A DNA stretch of 64,000 nucleotides from Azolla caroliniana (taxonomy: Eukaryota; Plantae; Polypodiophyta). This document shows positions 12,741-26,119 of the stretch, one piece after another. The notes below the pieces were generated by a model that saw only the letters and a program-made list of their open reading frames with translations, did no database searches and was not told where the DNA came from. The stretch is taken from positions 16,306,001-16,370,000 of the forward strand of contig JBHGNT010000006.1 of the NCBI GenBank assembly GCA_043228905.1, in the 5' to 3' direction. Each line of letters starts with the position of its first letter. The first letter of the stretch is position 1. The position numbers and the translations under genes were made by a program.

Positions 12741-15616
12741 TACTTATAGGTTTTTAGTTGTGTTATTCTTGCTTTTTCTTTTCTTTTCTTTTCCATATCC
12801 TCGAGTTTGTGTGGTGCGTTTTTCATATCATTATTTCTAGTTTGTCATCCAAATTTTTCATACAAGAAAGCTCTCTTTGTCTGCTTTCTTACGAATATTT
12901 TCTTTTGAAATTTGGATAAGAGATGAAGAAGTTATGAGCTTTTTTCTCTACCTTGCTTTTTCTGCTTAATTTCCTGCGTTTTTCTTCTTTTTCTTTTTTT
13001 CTGCTTTTTCTACTTTTGAAAACCGCCTCTAACTTTATTTCTCTTCAATTGCATTTATCTTTTAACCCTTTGACCTTTCATATTGTACTTTATTCTTCTA
13101 TACCTTCGCATCCAATGTATTTGCCACGGTCTTTACCTATGAGCAAAAATCGACTTCACATTTAGCCCTCCTCCTTGCTTTTTGGTGAACCCTAAGCTAC
13201 TAATAAAACCAAAAATTCTCCTTCGCCTTATTCATGGCTATAGACAAAGAAGGAGAGAATAAATAAAACAAATTATGTGAGTAAAACCCCCGCTAGTCGG
13301 TAGAAAAAACCTCACACTCCTAGACACACAACAACATACTTGCAATGTCCGATTCAACAGGTTCCCTCATATCATTATTCTAATTTTTGGAGTTATGATG
13401 ATGTCTATGAAGGTGATTCCAGAGACAAAGAAGAAGAGGTGATAAATTTGGAATTCCCCCATCTACTTCATGAGGACAACCATGATATAAAGAATGATGA
13501 TGTGAAAGACGAATCCAAGGAGATTGTTATGAGAAGCGATGCTATGGATGGTGATGCCAATGTACATCATGCTGAGGACATTATTGATACAACAAGAGAT
13601 ATGGTGGTTGATGATGAATATGTGCAAGATAAAATGGAAGATATGACAGAAAAAGTTGTTGATGGTGAAGTACCCACAAGGGAGTTGCAAGATGAAGAAG
13701 GTAACCTAGAAGTGATAGCTGGAGATTAGCTTTTGGAGATCAATGCGTGTAAGGAAACATTGGTAAGTGCCAAGTTGCAGTGTATGAAGGTGTTCGTGCA
13801 AGATTTGTGTTTTGGATTTGCATTGAGTAGCAACAAAGTTATGTGGGCATCAACTCTTCAACAACAATTTGATCAAGAGCCAAGAGAATTACTTGTAATG
13901 CATGATTGGAGTATCATGAACTTATCACCATCAAAGGATCCACCACAACTAATCAAATGTATAAAGGAGAAGGAATCATCTATCGACAATGGCAAGCAAG
14001 AAGAGGAAAGCATAACAATTAATGAATCTTCGTGGGATAGGGAAAACAAATCATTCCAGATGGTGTCTAAGGAGGAAGAAGAAATCATTGAAGAGAAAAT
14101 CATTATCACCTTGGAGAAGATGATTTCAAGCTATATCCAAGGAGAAGATAATTTCAAGCTATATCCAAGCTATAGCCATGAATAAGGCGAAGGAGAATGT
14201 TTGATTTTACTAGTAGCTTAGGGAATGGTTCACCAAAAAGCAAGGGGGAGGGCTAAATGTGAAAATGTTTTTAGAATTCAAGGTATTCAAGGCTACAAGA
14301 ATATAAGGTATGGAGCATTTACATCCGGAGGGCAAGAACACAAACAAAGTTCTTGAGGATAAGTCAAACTAAAAGCAAGACACGTGGAGAAAAGTAAAAG
14401 AAGAAAAAAGTGGGCCACCAAAACAGTCTACAACGAACGCTCATAACTCATTCGATTAGAAGCCAAATATAATGTGCAAAAATGCGTTAGAAAACTTGTG
14501 AAGAGAGCTATCCATAGCTTTTTAAAGCTCTAAATTTGGAACTCGGACAAGGGGGATATAACGATTTGAAGATTTTTGTGTCATAGATAAGAATAGGACT
14601 CAATGAAAAACTCTAAAAAAAGCATAAAAAAGAAAGCAAGGGAAACTTATCTAGCGGAAGAGAACTTTATATCAAGCAAGAAGACGAAGGTGGTAAAGGA
14701 GTCTCTTTCTTGTGGTGTTTTTCTTGCTTATTCATGTAGTGTGTTTGAGTGGCGATCAATTTATCCTTGTAGGCTGGAGTTTATGTATCTTCTTGCCTAT
14801 TCATGTATTGCGTTTTTCTAGTGATCAATTTATCCTTGTAGGCTTGAGTTTATGAATCTTCTTTCTCTCTTACTTATACCATAATCATTCACTATCAATA
14901 GATCTCTGTGGTTTTTCTAGTGAGAAGGAAGATATATAGATCCAAAACCACAGAGATCTATTGATAGTGAATGATTATGGTATAAGTAAGAGAGAAAGAA
15001 GATACATAAACTCAAGCCTACAAGGATAAATTGATCACCACTCAAACGCACTACATGAATAGGCAAGAAAAACACCACAAGAAAGAGACTCTTCACCACC
15101 ACCTTACTCTTCTTGCTTTATATGAAGTTCTCCTCTATTAGATAACCTTCCCTTGCTTTCTTTTTCACGCTCTTTTTAGAAATTTTCATCCTTTATACTT
15201 AGCTATGACACAACGATCTTCTAATCATCATATCTCCCTCATCCGAGCTCCAAATTTAGAGATTTAAAAAGTTAAGGGTAGCTCTCTTTATAGGCTTTCC
15301 AACCTATATTTGAATATAATATTTGGCTTCTAAACGCATGATTTATGAGCGTTCGTTTCAGATTGTGTTTTGGTGGCTCGCTTTTTTCTTTTTCTACTTT
15401 TCTCCACGTGTCCTGCTTTTTGTTTGACTTATCCTCAAGACCTTTGTTCGTGTCCTTGACCTCCGAATGTGAATGCTCCATACTTTATATTCTTGTAGTG
15501 TTCAATACTTTGAATTCTAAAAACACTTTCACATTTAGCCCTCCCCCTTGCTTCTTGGTGAACCCTAAGCTACTAATAAAACAAAAAATTCTCCTTTGCC
15601 CTATTCATGGCTATAG
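12741..15616. mobile_element. Rearranged pieces of a non-autonomous Gypsy-derived family: LTR parts at 12741-13160 (-), 14258-14915 (+), 14918-15532 (-); acidic ORF remnant at 13330-14185 (+)
   Basis: The PPT AAGCAAGG(G/A)GGAGGGCTAAA followed by TGTGAA occurs three times. 13330-14112 is an inverted near-identical copy of 19378-20160. Confidence 0.75.
14170..15616. repeat. Large imperfect inverted repeat (arms 14170-14915 and 14944-15616, ~28-nt loop)
   Basis: Direct reverse-complement comparison; the innermost ~55 nt pair perfectly. Confidence 0.85.
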
Positions 15617-18600
15617 ACAAAGAAGGAGAGAATAAATAAAACAAATTATGTGAGTAAAACCCCCGCTAGTCGGTAGGAAAAACCTCACGCTCCTAGACAC
15701 ACACCCACACACACATTGACAATTGCCATCACTATCTTTCTCCTTGTCAACACAAAGAAAGAGATTACCACAATTACTATGTCTTTGTCAACTCTCCAAA
15801 CACGAGTATGGTCATGCGATACATAGCTCTTGAGAGAAGTAAGCATGTTGTTAATGATTAGGTAATTAATTAAAGAATAATTATTACCTAATTATGTGAT
15901 TACGTAGTAGAAGATTAAGTGATATGTGCGTGTATGTGTGCGTGAGAGGAAGAGAGAGAGTACACTATGAACAAAAAAACAAGATGGGGGATGATAAGGT
16001 ATATTAAAAGGTAAATATCATCAACTATCATCAAATACAAAAATACCTTCAATGAGGTATTATAGGTTTCATGTGAAAGGGTGCACATGTGCTAGGAGAA
16101 TATAGGTACAACGTGTAAGTCCTATATTAAATGAGAATGGAATGGTGGATCTACAATGTATCTCACTTGAGTACAAAATCCTATTTAAGGCTTTATGGTC
16201 AACACACCAACTAGATTCTATCTAGGTAACTACTAAGTTACATGTGTTGACTAACTAACTAAACTAAGTTGAGCTTAATCTCTCAACACGCCCCCTCAAG
16301 CTCAAGTGTGAGGCTTCCAACATCTGCTTTGGCTTTTGTCGGCTTCGTGTGCTTCCGTCCGGCCTTCGGCTTTCTTCGTCGTGGCAATCTCAGTTCCTCC
16401 CCCTCAAGCCGGTGACAAAGGCTTGTAGTGTGTGGACGAAGGTCGGCTACTTCCACCCATCGTGGGTTACGAGCCGCTTCAGTGGAGCTCTTGGGCTCTT
16501 GTTCGGCCGCTACCTTCATTGTAAAGGCGTAATGATGGGTCATGTACTCGTTGTAGCTGTGCCGAGTGACGGGGTTCTTTGCTCTAGATGAGCGTCGAAG
16601 TTTTTTGCTCTCCGATGTGAGCGCCTTCTTTACTCCAGGTGTACGCATGATGGGTACACCGAACTCACTGTCTAGTGAGGGAGCCGATCTATCTGAATCA
16701 TTGTCGTCGGGGTGGTCGACTTCGTATTCGGGCATCTTACCTTTGCCTTTGTCCAAGTTCGTACTTGGTTGCGACGGGCTTGGGTCATGTGGGGCCTCTT
16801 GTGGCCCACTAGGCTTTGCCGTAATCGGACATTCTTCGAACATGTGTTCGAAGAGATCTCCATATTCTACCTCTTGTTCGGTGGATTCCGGGTCGACCAG
16901 AGTCGGAGTCGAAGTTGCCTCTTGTGCATACCACGATGCGGACTCATTGAAGAATATGTCTCGACTTACCCAAACCACTTGGGTAGAAGGGTTGTAGCAC
17001 TTGTATGCCTTCTTCTCGGATGAGTATCCTATGAGGATACATCTCTCCAACTTCGCGTCGGGCTTCTGTCGTTGTTTGTTTGGGATGCGTACATTCGCAA
17101 TGCTTCCGAACACTTTGAGATGCGACAGGATCGGCTTCCTTTCAACAAGGAGCTCATATGGAGTTAGCTCATGGACTCCATTGGTGATCCACCGGTTCAT
17201 GAGATAGACGGTCGTGGATGCCACTTCGGCCCAATACAAATTCGGCATGTGCTTCTCATGCATCATGGCGCATGCTACCTCAAGTATTTGCCGATTCTTC
17301 CTTTCAGCGACTCCATTTTGTTGGGGTGTGTGTCGGCATGAGAATTCTCTCCGAATGCCTTCACTTTGGAGGTAGGAGGTGAATTCGTCGGAGAAGTACT
17401 CTTTGCCTCCATCCGATCGTAGCCATCAAATGTGCCGACCGGTTTCTTTTTCGACTTGCCCTTTGAGCTTTTGGAAGTGGGAGAACACTTCGCTCTTCTT
17501 CTTCATCGGGTAGATCCACGCGTAGCGGGAGTAGTCGTCAATGAAGGTTACGTAGTATCGGCATCTGCCGATCGTCGGCGTTTGAGCCGGTCCCCATACA
17601 TCCGAGTGTATGACGTCGAGGAGGCCTTTGCTCGCGGAGCTGTCCTTCGGGAATGGGAGTCGATGTTGTTTGCCAAGTTGACACGCTTCGCATACTCGGT
17701 CGACTCGTTTCAACTCGAATGTCGGAAGTCTGATAACGACTCCCTTTGTTTGCATAGCTCAGATGCCGTTGGAGGTTGATGTGTCTGATTCTTTTGTGCC
17801 ACAACTCGATGTTCGTCTCGTTTTTGAGACCTTTAGCGTACATTGCCGATTTCACCTTGTTCAAATCGAGGATGAACATTCGGCCTTCTCTTTGCCCCTT
17901 AGCTATGACTCAACCATCTTTCTCGATGAAGCATCCTTCTTTGGTGAAGCAGACTTGCATGCCTTGCTCCACGATTTGGCCGACCGAGACCAAATTCTTT
18001 GTTATCGTGGGCATGTGCAAGACATTCTTGATGCCAGTTTGCTCGCCTTCTTTCCCGAATGGGACATTGCCGATGTGCCGAATGGGATGCGTGGTGTCAT
18101 CTCCCGTTTCTATAAAACCGGCATTCGTAAATCGTGAAACCACTCTTCGTGGGATGTCATGTGATGTGAGGCGCCGGAATCTACGAACCACACATCTTCC
18201 GGATTGGAGATTCTTGCGGAGTCGGAGGCCATCATAGAGTTCGCTCTATGCCGCATTACAAATAGTCCGCCGTAATCCTCGTATTCGGAGTTGTTGGCAT
18301 AGTTTGTGAGTTGTCGGCTTGTCGATGCCGACTCACTTCTTTTCTTCCGACACTCCGCCTCATAGTGGCCGATATTGCCGCAATAATTTCAAGTTGCGGG
18401 CCTCGTTTGCCGACCTTGTTCGGCTTGGAAGCTCCCCCTTCTTTCGAAGGTTCCTCGATGGCTTCCTCTTCTACCGCCACGACCTCTTCCTCAACCACCG
18501 TCCGAATTCGAGAAGAACATTTGTCCTTCCGGTGCCTTCCTTTTGGTTCGAATGTGGTTTTCTTCGACCAATAACATCGATTGGAGGTCGAAGAACAAGG

Positions 18601-19185
18601 GAGGGTTTTCTCTCGCCAAGATTGTCGTCCGTAGTGGATCAAATCATTGTGCGAGGCCACCCAAGCATACTTGAACCATCTCGTCTTCGTCGATGTTTAT
18701 GTTGATGGAGCAAAAGGTCACAAATGCTCTTGATTTTGGCGGTGTAGTCCGACACGGACATGTCTTTTTGCCGAATGTTATTCAACTCTTGCCGCAATTG
18801 AAGTTTGCGGGCGGTCGTGTTGGCGGCGAACATTTTCTTTAAGTTCTCCCACACCTCTTTAGGCGTCTTAGCGTCTCGAATGTGGCTAAGCATATGGTCG
18901 TGGACACATGTTGCCAAGCAATACATTACCTGACTCGCTCCTTGCTCCCACATTGGGTAGTTGTCGTTTGTGTTGTCGGGCTTGTTCTCGAGTGCGCCGT
19001 TGATGTAGCTCCAATACCCTTGGCCGACGAGGTATTGGATCATCTTGTACTCCCAAGATGAATAATTGCTCCGGTCTAGCTTTTCGCTAGGGAGCGAGCT
19101 ACCCATTTGTGTGTTCATGTTGTTTTGTGTCTTCCTTGTTAGCTCTTCTTTCTTCGATCACGTACTTGTGCTACGTAGCGGCACT
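15612..19185 (-). mobile_element. Ty1/Copia element (same family as 1-2604): gag, PR, INT; RT/RH deleted; 3' LTR ~15612-16288; 5' LTR missing
   Basis: MGSSLPSEKLDRSNYSSWEYKM, LWHKRIRH, CEACQLGKQHR, HSDVWGP, CILIGYS..KAYKCY; PPT GAGGGGGCG at 16289-16297. Confidence 0.88.
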
Positions 19186-21263
19186 ACGATAGCGGAACCA
19201 CAACAATAGGTGAGACAAACTTCAAATCCTCCAACTTGATGTGGTGCTTGATGCCTTCTACTCTTATATGTGAATAGTCATTTATGAATAACTTTGAAAA
19301 CTTAAAAAGAAGAGAAATAAACGTTAGATCCTCTTCTCCTTGGACATCGTTTGAAATCATCTTCTTTTTCCCCTTTAGGGTGATAATACTTTTCTCTTCA
19401 ATGACTTCTTCTTCCTCCTTAGACACCATCTGGAATGATTTGTTTTCCCTATCCCACGAAGATTCATTAATTGTTATGCTTTCCTCTTCTTGCTTGCCAT
19501 TGTCGATAGATGATTCCTTCTCCTTTATACATTTGATTAGTTGTGGTGGATCCTTTGATGGTGATAAGTTCATGATACTCCAATCATGCATTACAAGTAA
19601 TTCTCTTGGCTCTTGATCAAATTGTTGTTGAAGAGTTGATGCCCACATAACTTTGTTGCTACTCAATGCAAATCCAAAACACAAATCTTGCACGAACACC
19701 TTCATACACTGCAACTTGGCACTTACCAATGTTTCCTTACACGCATTGATCTCCAAAAGCTAATCTCCAGCTATCACTTCTAGGTTACCTTCTTCATCTT
19801 GCAACTCCCTTGTGGGTACTTCACCATCAACAACTTTTTCTGTCATATCTTCCATTTTATCTTGCACATATTCATCATCAACCACCATATCTCTTGTTGT
19901 ATCAATAATGTCCTCAACATGATGTACATTGGCATCACCATCCATAGCATCGCTTCTCATAACAATCTCCTTGGATTCGTCTTTCACATCATCATTCTTT
20001 ATATTATGGTTGTCCTCGTGAACTATATGGGGGAACTCCACATTCATCACCTCTTCTTCTTTGTCTCTGGAATCACCTTCATAGACATCATCATAACTCC
20101 AAAAATTAGAATAATGATATGAGGGAACCTATTGAATCAGACATTGCAAATATGTTGGTTGTTGGCTCATGATTGATCCACAATTATCATAGCTTGGATT
20201 AAATATGGTATATGACGTCGATACTCCATATGCTTCACCAAATAACACTTTCTTCAATTGTTGATCATAACTTTGACATACTCAAAGCAAATCATGGAAA
20301 GACTTTGGGTACTTCATATGCACTTCATATTGAAAATATGGATCTAGCCCTGCTTTGAATCTTTGCATCTTGAAGTATACATCTTCAACGCCTCCAACAA
20401 GTCGAATCTAAGTGGACCATATATCCAAAAACGTCTTCTCATACTCGAGGTAGCACATTGATGAAACCATACGCAATTGGAAAAGTTCTCTTCGTAGATC
20501 TGTCGCATCGCAAACTCCATATCTTTCCATCAGTTTGATGATGAATCGGTAGATCCAACCATCAATGAGTGGACAACCGTTCCTCCCGTTATATGAAAAG
20601 GATCGGCCCTCCCTCGAGCGCCAAAATGATGACAGAGAGATGATAGAAATGAGAGATAAATAAGATATATAGATCCAAAACAATAGAGATTTATTGATAA
20701 TGAATGATTATGGTATAAGTAAGAGAGAAAGAAGATACATAAACTCAAGCCTACAAGGATAAATTGATCACCACTCAAACACACTACATGAATAGGCAAG
20801 AAAAACACCACAAGAAAGAGACTCTTCACCACCACCTTACTCTTCTTGCTTTATATGAAGTTCTCCTCTACTAGATAACCTTCCCTTGCTTTCTTTTTCA
20901 CGCTTTTTTTAGAACTTTTCATCCTTTATACTTAGTTATGACACAACGATCTTCTAATCATCATATCTCCCTCATCCGAGCTCCAAATGTAGAGATTTAA
21001 AAAGCTACGGATAGCTCTCTTTACAAGCTTCCAACCTATATTTGAACATAATATTTGGCTTCTAAACGAATGGTTTATGAGCGTTCGTTTCAGACTGTGT
21101 TTTGGTAGCACCCTTTTTTCTTCTTTTACTTTTCTCCACGTGTCTTGCTTTTTGCTTGACTTATCCTCAAGACCTTGGTTCGTGTCCTTGACCTCCAGAT
21201 GTGAATGCTCCATACCTTATATTCTTGTAGTATTCAATACTTTGAATTCTAAAAACACATTCA
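19186..21263 (-). mobile_element. Non-autonomous Gypsy-derived element: 5' LTR 20627-21263, tRNA-Asn-type PBS, decayed gag, acidic ORF ending in an RT N-terminal remnant
   Basis: PBS TGGCGCTCGAGGGAGGG at 20607-20623 (2 mismatches to plant tRNA-Asn complement TGGCGCTAGAAGGAGGG, recalled from memory); gag-like MQRFKAGL; ORF ends VSPIVVVP. Confidence 0.75.
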
Positions 21264-22446
21264 CGCATACGTTGGTACAAAACCAACAAAATGGGAACAT
21301 TATCTCCCAATTTTGGAGTTTGCTTATAACAGCTCCAAGCATACGTTGATGGGATATAGTCCTTTTATGTTGATGTATGGTTTTCAGCCACGAGCCCCGA
21401 TTGATGTTAATATACATCATGATGAGTTGCGAAGTACGCAAAACTTTCTTCGGGATATGCAAGATATGTTGCATATTGCACAAGATAATATAAAAACAGC
21501 TCAAGATAGAGCGCGTTTTTATGTCGATCATCATAGGCAACCTCGTGTATTCCACCCTGGACAAGAGGTATTTTTACGTGTACCTCACAATTCTAAGACA
21601 TTGTCTAAGGGTAAGTGTGCTAAGTTAGCCCCGCGATTTTGTGGACCTTTTACAATCCTCAAACGCATTGGGTCATCAGCCTATCGTCTCGCTCTTCCCA
21701 ATGGTGTTGAAATTCATCCAGTTTTTCATGTGAGTCGTCTAAAAGAACTTCTAGGTTCTGGTGACAATACAGTTACAATTGAAACTCTGGTTACTTCTGA
21801 AGAATTATCTTCTAAACCACATGTACCACAAAGAATTCTCGATGTTAAAACAAAAAAATTACGTACTAAAGAAATACGATAATTTAAAATAAAAGGGATG
21901 GATAAATCAATAAAAGATGCCACATGGGAATGTGAAAATACTCTTAGAACTAACTTCCCTAACTTTCCATTGCAAGAGTGCAATGTTTTAAAGAGGGGGA
22001 GTATGTTACGGGCATGACCATATAATATCCCGTGGTGAGAATTTACCGTAGTATTCTATACACGTGGATAAGTATGAGGGTTAAACAAGAGGGTAAAGAA
22101 GGGAAGGATTACTTTTAATCCTCGGGATTGAGACAACCCATTAGGCCAAGTGTGAACTTGCTTGGGGGCCTTGGGTATTGCTATAAATAAGAGACCTAGC
22201 TACCCTCATTTCATCATCTTTTGACTACGTCGAGACTCTGTTTCGTGGTGGTTCAACTGTTGTAGCGAGCGCGCGCCAACATCAGGTACGACTTGACGCC
22301 ACGATGGTGGTATGGGACGCCGATCGAGGCTCGAGTTCGTCCCGATCCCTTCGCTCAGGGGTGGTTGGGTGGATCGGCACCCTTCTTTCTCTCTCTCCTT
22401 TCTATCTATCTATCTATCATTCTTTTATCCTTATCATATGCTTACA
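21264..22446 (+). mobile_element. 3' fragment of a chromovirus-type Gypsy: integrase C-terminus, decayed chromodomain, PPT, LTR 22004-22446
   Basis: EFAYNSSKH, KLAPRFCGPF, HPVFHVSRLK, ILDVK...DATWE; PPT AAGAGGGGGAG precedes TGTTAC; LTR ends CTTACA. Confidence 0.85.
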
Positions 22447-25400
22447 TTAGGGCATATCTCTAATACAGAAGGTACGTGGCATTCATGTAGTGCTTCTTCG
22501 GGGGCTGAATATAGAGGAAGAGGAGCAATCGACTTCCAGGAAGAGCACAACCACATCATTCTTTAGTGATTATGAAAGGCAATGGTCGATTCATCGTTTT
22601 TTGGATCCCGAGGTGAAGCACATTAGATCTCGTCGATCATACATGAGAAATTTGAAGACGAGAGCAATTAACAAGTTCAATGCCACTCCAAAAGAACTCA
22701 AAACATGCATAGAGTCCAAATTCATAGCCCGATTCATGAGTCGCAAGATGGCCATATACGATGCTAGAAATGAACAAGTAATGGAGAAGCTAAAGTAAAA
22801 GATTGTGGTTAGGACTTAACCTTATGTAAGTATGAATTGCAAGTGTGAATATTATATAAGTTTGAATCGGATGTGTGATAAATCTCAAGTATGATTTTCA
22901 GTGTAAGAAGACATGGATTGCGAAGTCAGAAGTGCAATGTAGTATTGGTGTCACATGGCGGCGCCTCCCATCACCCATTGACAGGGACTCTTAAAGAGTT
23001 AAAGAGACATTGGGCGAGTGATCTTCGTAATCATGGCATCGCTAGTGCATATGTAAAAGCACCTCGTTGAACAATGTGGTGGCCAATTGGTGTCAATGGC
23101 AACACTGAATGACATGTTGGGAACGAGCATTGTCAAATATATCAAGACTAGTCCCATAGATGTGATCAAGGTGAAATTCCTTAAGTTAGATGATGCAATC
23201 ATGGATGTTCAAACCAAGTATCACACATGCTTTCGGAATGGAGTCCAGAAGTATGCACGTGTGAATAGGTATAATTGTCATCACATTGGTGTGCCTCAAC
23301 GTGTTCATCCTTGCACTCGTCGGTGAAGGGGTTCATCTAGATGTGGGTGTAGCTTCCATATCGAAGTTAGAAGGAATGATGGGTTTGACCATGGGACCAT
23401 GACCATTTCAATATATGGACCTCATACTGGTCATGTTCCAAGTAGTAGACCAAATGTGTACCATTTGCCGGCACACCCAAATGTCATAAGATGTTGCAAA
23501 GATGGCCTATTTGATGTTGGTTGTGCAAGGCATGTGGCATGTATGAGCATTTGTAAGGAAGCATATCATAATTCCATTAGAACTTGTTAGCTATAGGTTC
23601 TTTATGATACCAAAGGAGGTCCATAACATGGCAAATAGGTTAAAAATTGGGAGTACTATGTCAAAGGTTAATTGGTCTTTGATGATGCAATATGCTTATG
23701 CACTCGGAGATATTGGGAAGGTGTCTCATATCCAACCCTACTTGCCTGATGAATGTGGATCACCAACTAGGCAACCATTTATCTTGATGTTTGAAGATCA
23801 ATGGATGTTAGAAATGTGTGAGTGATTGTCACTACACAACTCTTGAGCAATCGACTCCACATTTAAAGGACACACATTTGGGTTGCCCTTATATGCAGTT
23901 GTTGCCCCAAACGCAATGGGAATTGGGATCTTGTTAAAGGGTCAAACCATGAGCAAGTCGCGTTAGAAACTTGCTTGAGAGTCTTATTCTCATGGATGCC
24001 CAAGGTGATGCCAAATACGATAGTGATTGATAAATGTAGGATGTCATATAATGCCATAAGTAATGTGGTTGCAGCCGACCATCAATCTTGGATTGGGCAA
24101 TGGTTGCAAACACATTGTCGACTTTTATTGTGCTAGTTCCACGCTGAAAAATCATGGATAGAAAAATTGGTGCCAAAAGGAAGAGTGGCTAAGAGAAACC
24201 ATATTTATCAACGGATGTGCCAACTCATGCAATGCATTATGAAATTCGTATTCAATGCGATCTGTGAGGAGATAAAGGTAGAATATACAGACAAACCCAA
24301 TGTTTGGCAATATTTAGAAAGAGGATGGCGTGGCTTGAGATGTGTGTGGAGGAAACTTTGGCCCAAGTTTGGTAGAATGTTCAACTATGAACATGTTGAC
24401 ACTACCAATATTGTGGAAAGACATCGGCAGTTTATCAAGTACACTACCTTGAGAGGAAGAATAAACCGATCAATTACCAATCTTGTGCATGTCTTAGAAT
24501 GGTACAAGCAATGGCAAGAAATATGTGAGAGTGGTAGATTTTCACCCCATGCAAATTGTAGGGATCAAAGGTCAAGACACTGAGAGGATACTAGAAAGGT
24601 ATGGCAGTGATACATCCATAGTGCATATTGTGGATGATGCCCGATATTGGTTTAAAATATTGAGCTTGACAACTCCCACGCTCCAATACTCATATTGTGA
24701 TTGCCAATACCTTGTGAGTAAATGTAAGCATTTAGTTGGAATCCGGAAGATTATTGAGAGGCACATGCCACACCTGTTGAGAGTCCAAAATACAAATGAT
24801 TGAGGAAGCTATTCAATGTCTCAAGCAAGGGTTAGGATCCTTTGACTGGGCAACTATTTTGAAATGTATACAATGAAGAAGACGACTAAGCAACGATCGA
24901 CATATCACAATAACTTATTGGTAGCTCCCCCAAACACTTCTAAATCCCACACCGGAAAACTATAGAGAGGTGCAAGCTAGGGTAGGAGGTGATTACCAAT
25001 ATGTGAAACTGAGAAGGTTCGGTGTTTGTGTTGCAATGCAATGGCTTGACCTTGACTTCAAGGGACTTGAATGTTACATGTTGCAATAATTGTGGCTGCA
25101 TTTTGCCATCATCCCCACATGAGCCATAATCTCTGCATACTTGTGTATACACATTTCATCTTTTTAGTTTTTTAACTTAGACTTTGGACATTTTTGGTTT
25201 CCGAAATCAAAGCTACATAGCTATTGATGTCAGAAACATTTTGTGGTAGGAAATTTGTGTAATTTGAAGTTTCAAGCTTTAACGTAAGTGTAATTTGAAG
25301 CTTTAAGTTTTAAGTCGATTTGTTATTTGAAGCATTAAGTTTTTAGTTCATCTGTTACTTGAAGCTTTAAGTTTTAAGTTTGTGTAATTTTTGAGTTTTG

Positions 25401-25778
25401 AGTTTTAAATTTTGTGTAATCGGAAGTTTTTGATTTTTTAGAGGAATTTTTGTTTTGCACTTAGAATTTTTTGAAGTTTTTGATGCTTGTTTTTGAGTCA
25501 GGCTCTTGTTCTGAGTTGGTCGGGCTCCTGATTTGAGTTGGGCTCCTGCACTGACGCGGTCGGGCTCTTGGTGATAGAGGCTAATAGTGAGTCAGGCTCG
25601 TGTCCTCAGTCAGTCGGGCTCCTGGTGATAGACAGACGCTGTTAGAGTCGAGTTCCTAGTGACAACCACTATCAACTTTTTTGATGGTGCTGTTTTTTAT
25701 TATTATCTAGATCGGACGGTGTAGATCGCACGCGCCCTCGGCTACGCACACCCTGCACCGCCCGTGGCTGCGATTCCC
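22447..25778 (+). mobile_element. Degenerate Mutator-like (MULE) DNA transposon, 5'-truncated
   Basis: RCGCSFHI...GPHTGH zinc finger; IDSTFK..LPLYAV; IVIDK; TTNIVE; SWIM-like YCDCQYLVSKCKH; subterminal GTCGGGCTCCTG-like repeats at 25497-25660; GC-rich end ...GATTCCC. Confidence 0.75.
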
Positions 25779-26119
25779 TGGCCATGCCTCTTTTATGATT
25801 TGGTAGGAGTTGGAGAGGAGCCATATGTATGTATGTATGTAATGTATGTATGTAGAGTGTAGTGGGTTCGCTTAAAAGCCTAAAACCCCCTTTTTATCCC
25901 CTCTCCTCCCCTCCTCTTCCTTTCCTTCATCTTCTTTCTTGAAGTTGTTACATATGTACTTAATACTTTAACATATTCATGTATGTATGTAATATGTATA
26001 TGTATGCAGTTAGTTCACATTTACGTACATACATACTTTCTTCTCTTCTCTTCTCTTCTCTTCTCTTCTCTAAACTTCGTCCTTCCTTTCATTCCTCTGC
26101 CCCTGTCCTGTCTGTGGCC

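Noticed and set aside
25979-26119. Upstream ATG of the 256-aa ORF
   Set aside because: Lies in GTAT/CTTCT microsatellite sequence; the ATG at 26120 begins the presequence-like region.
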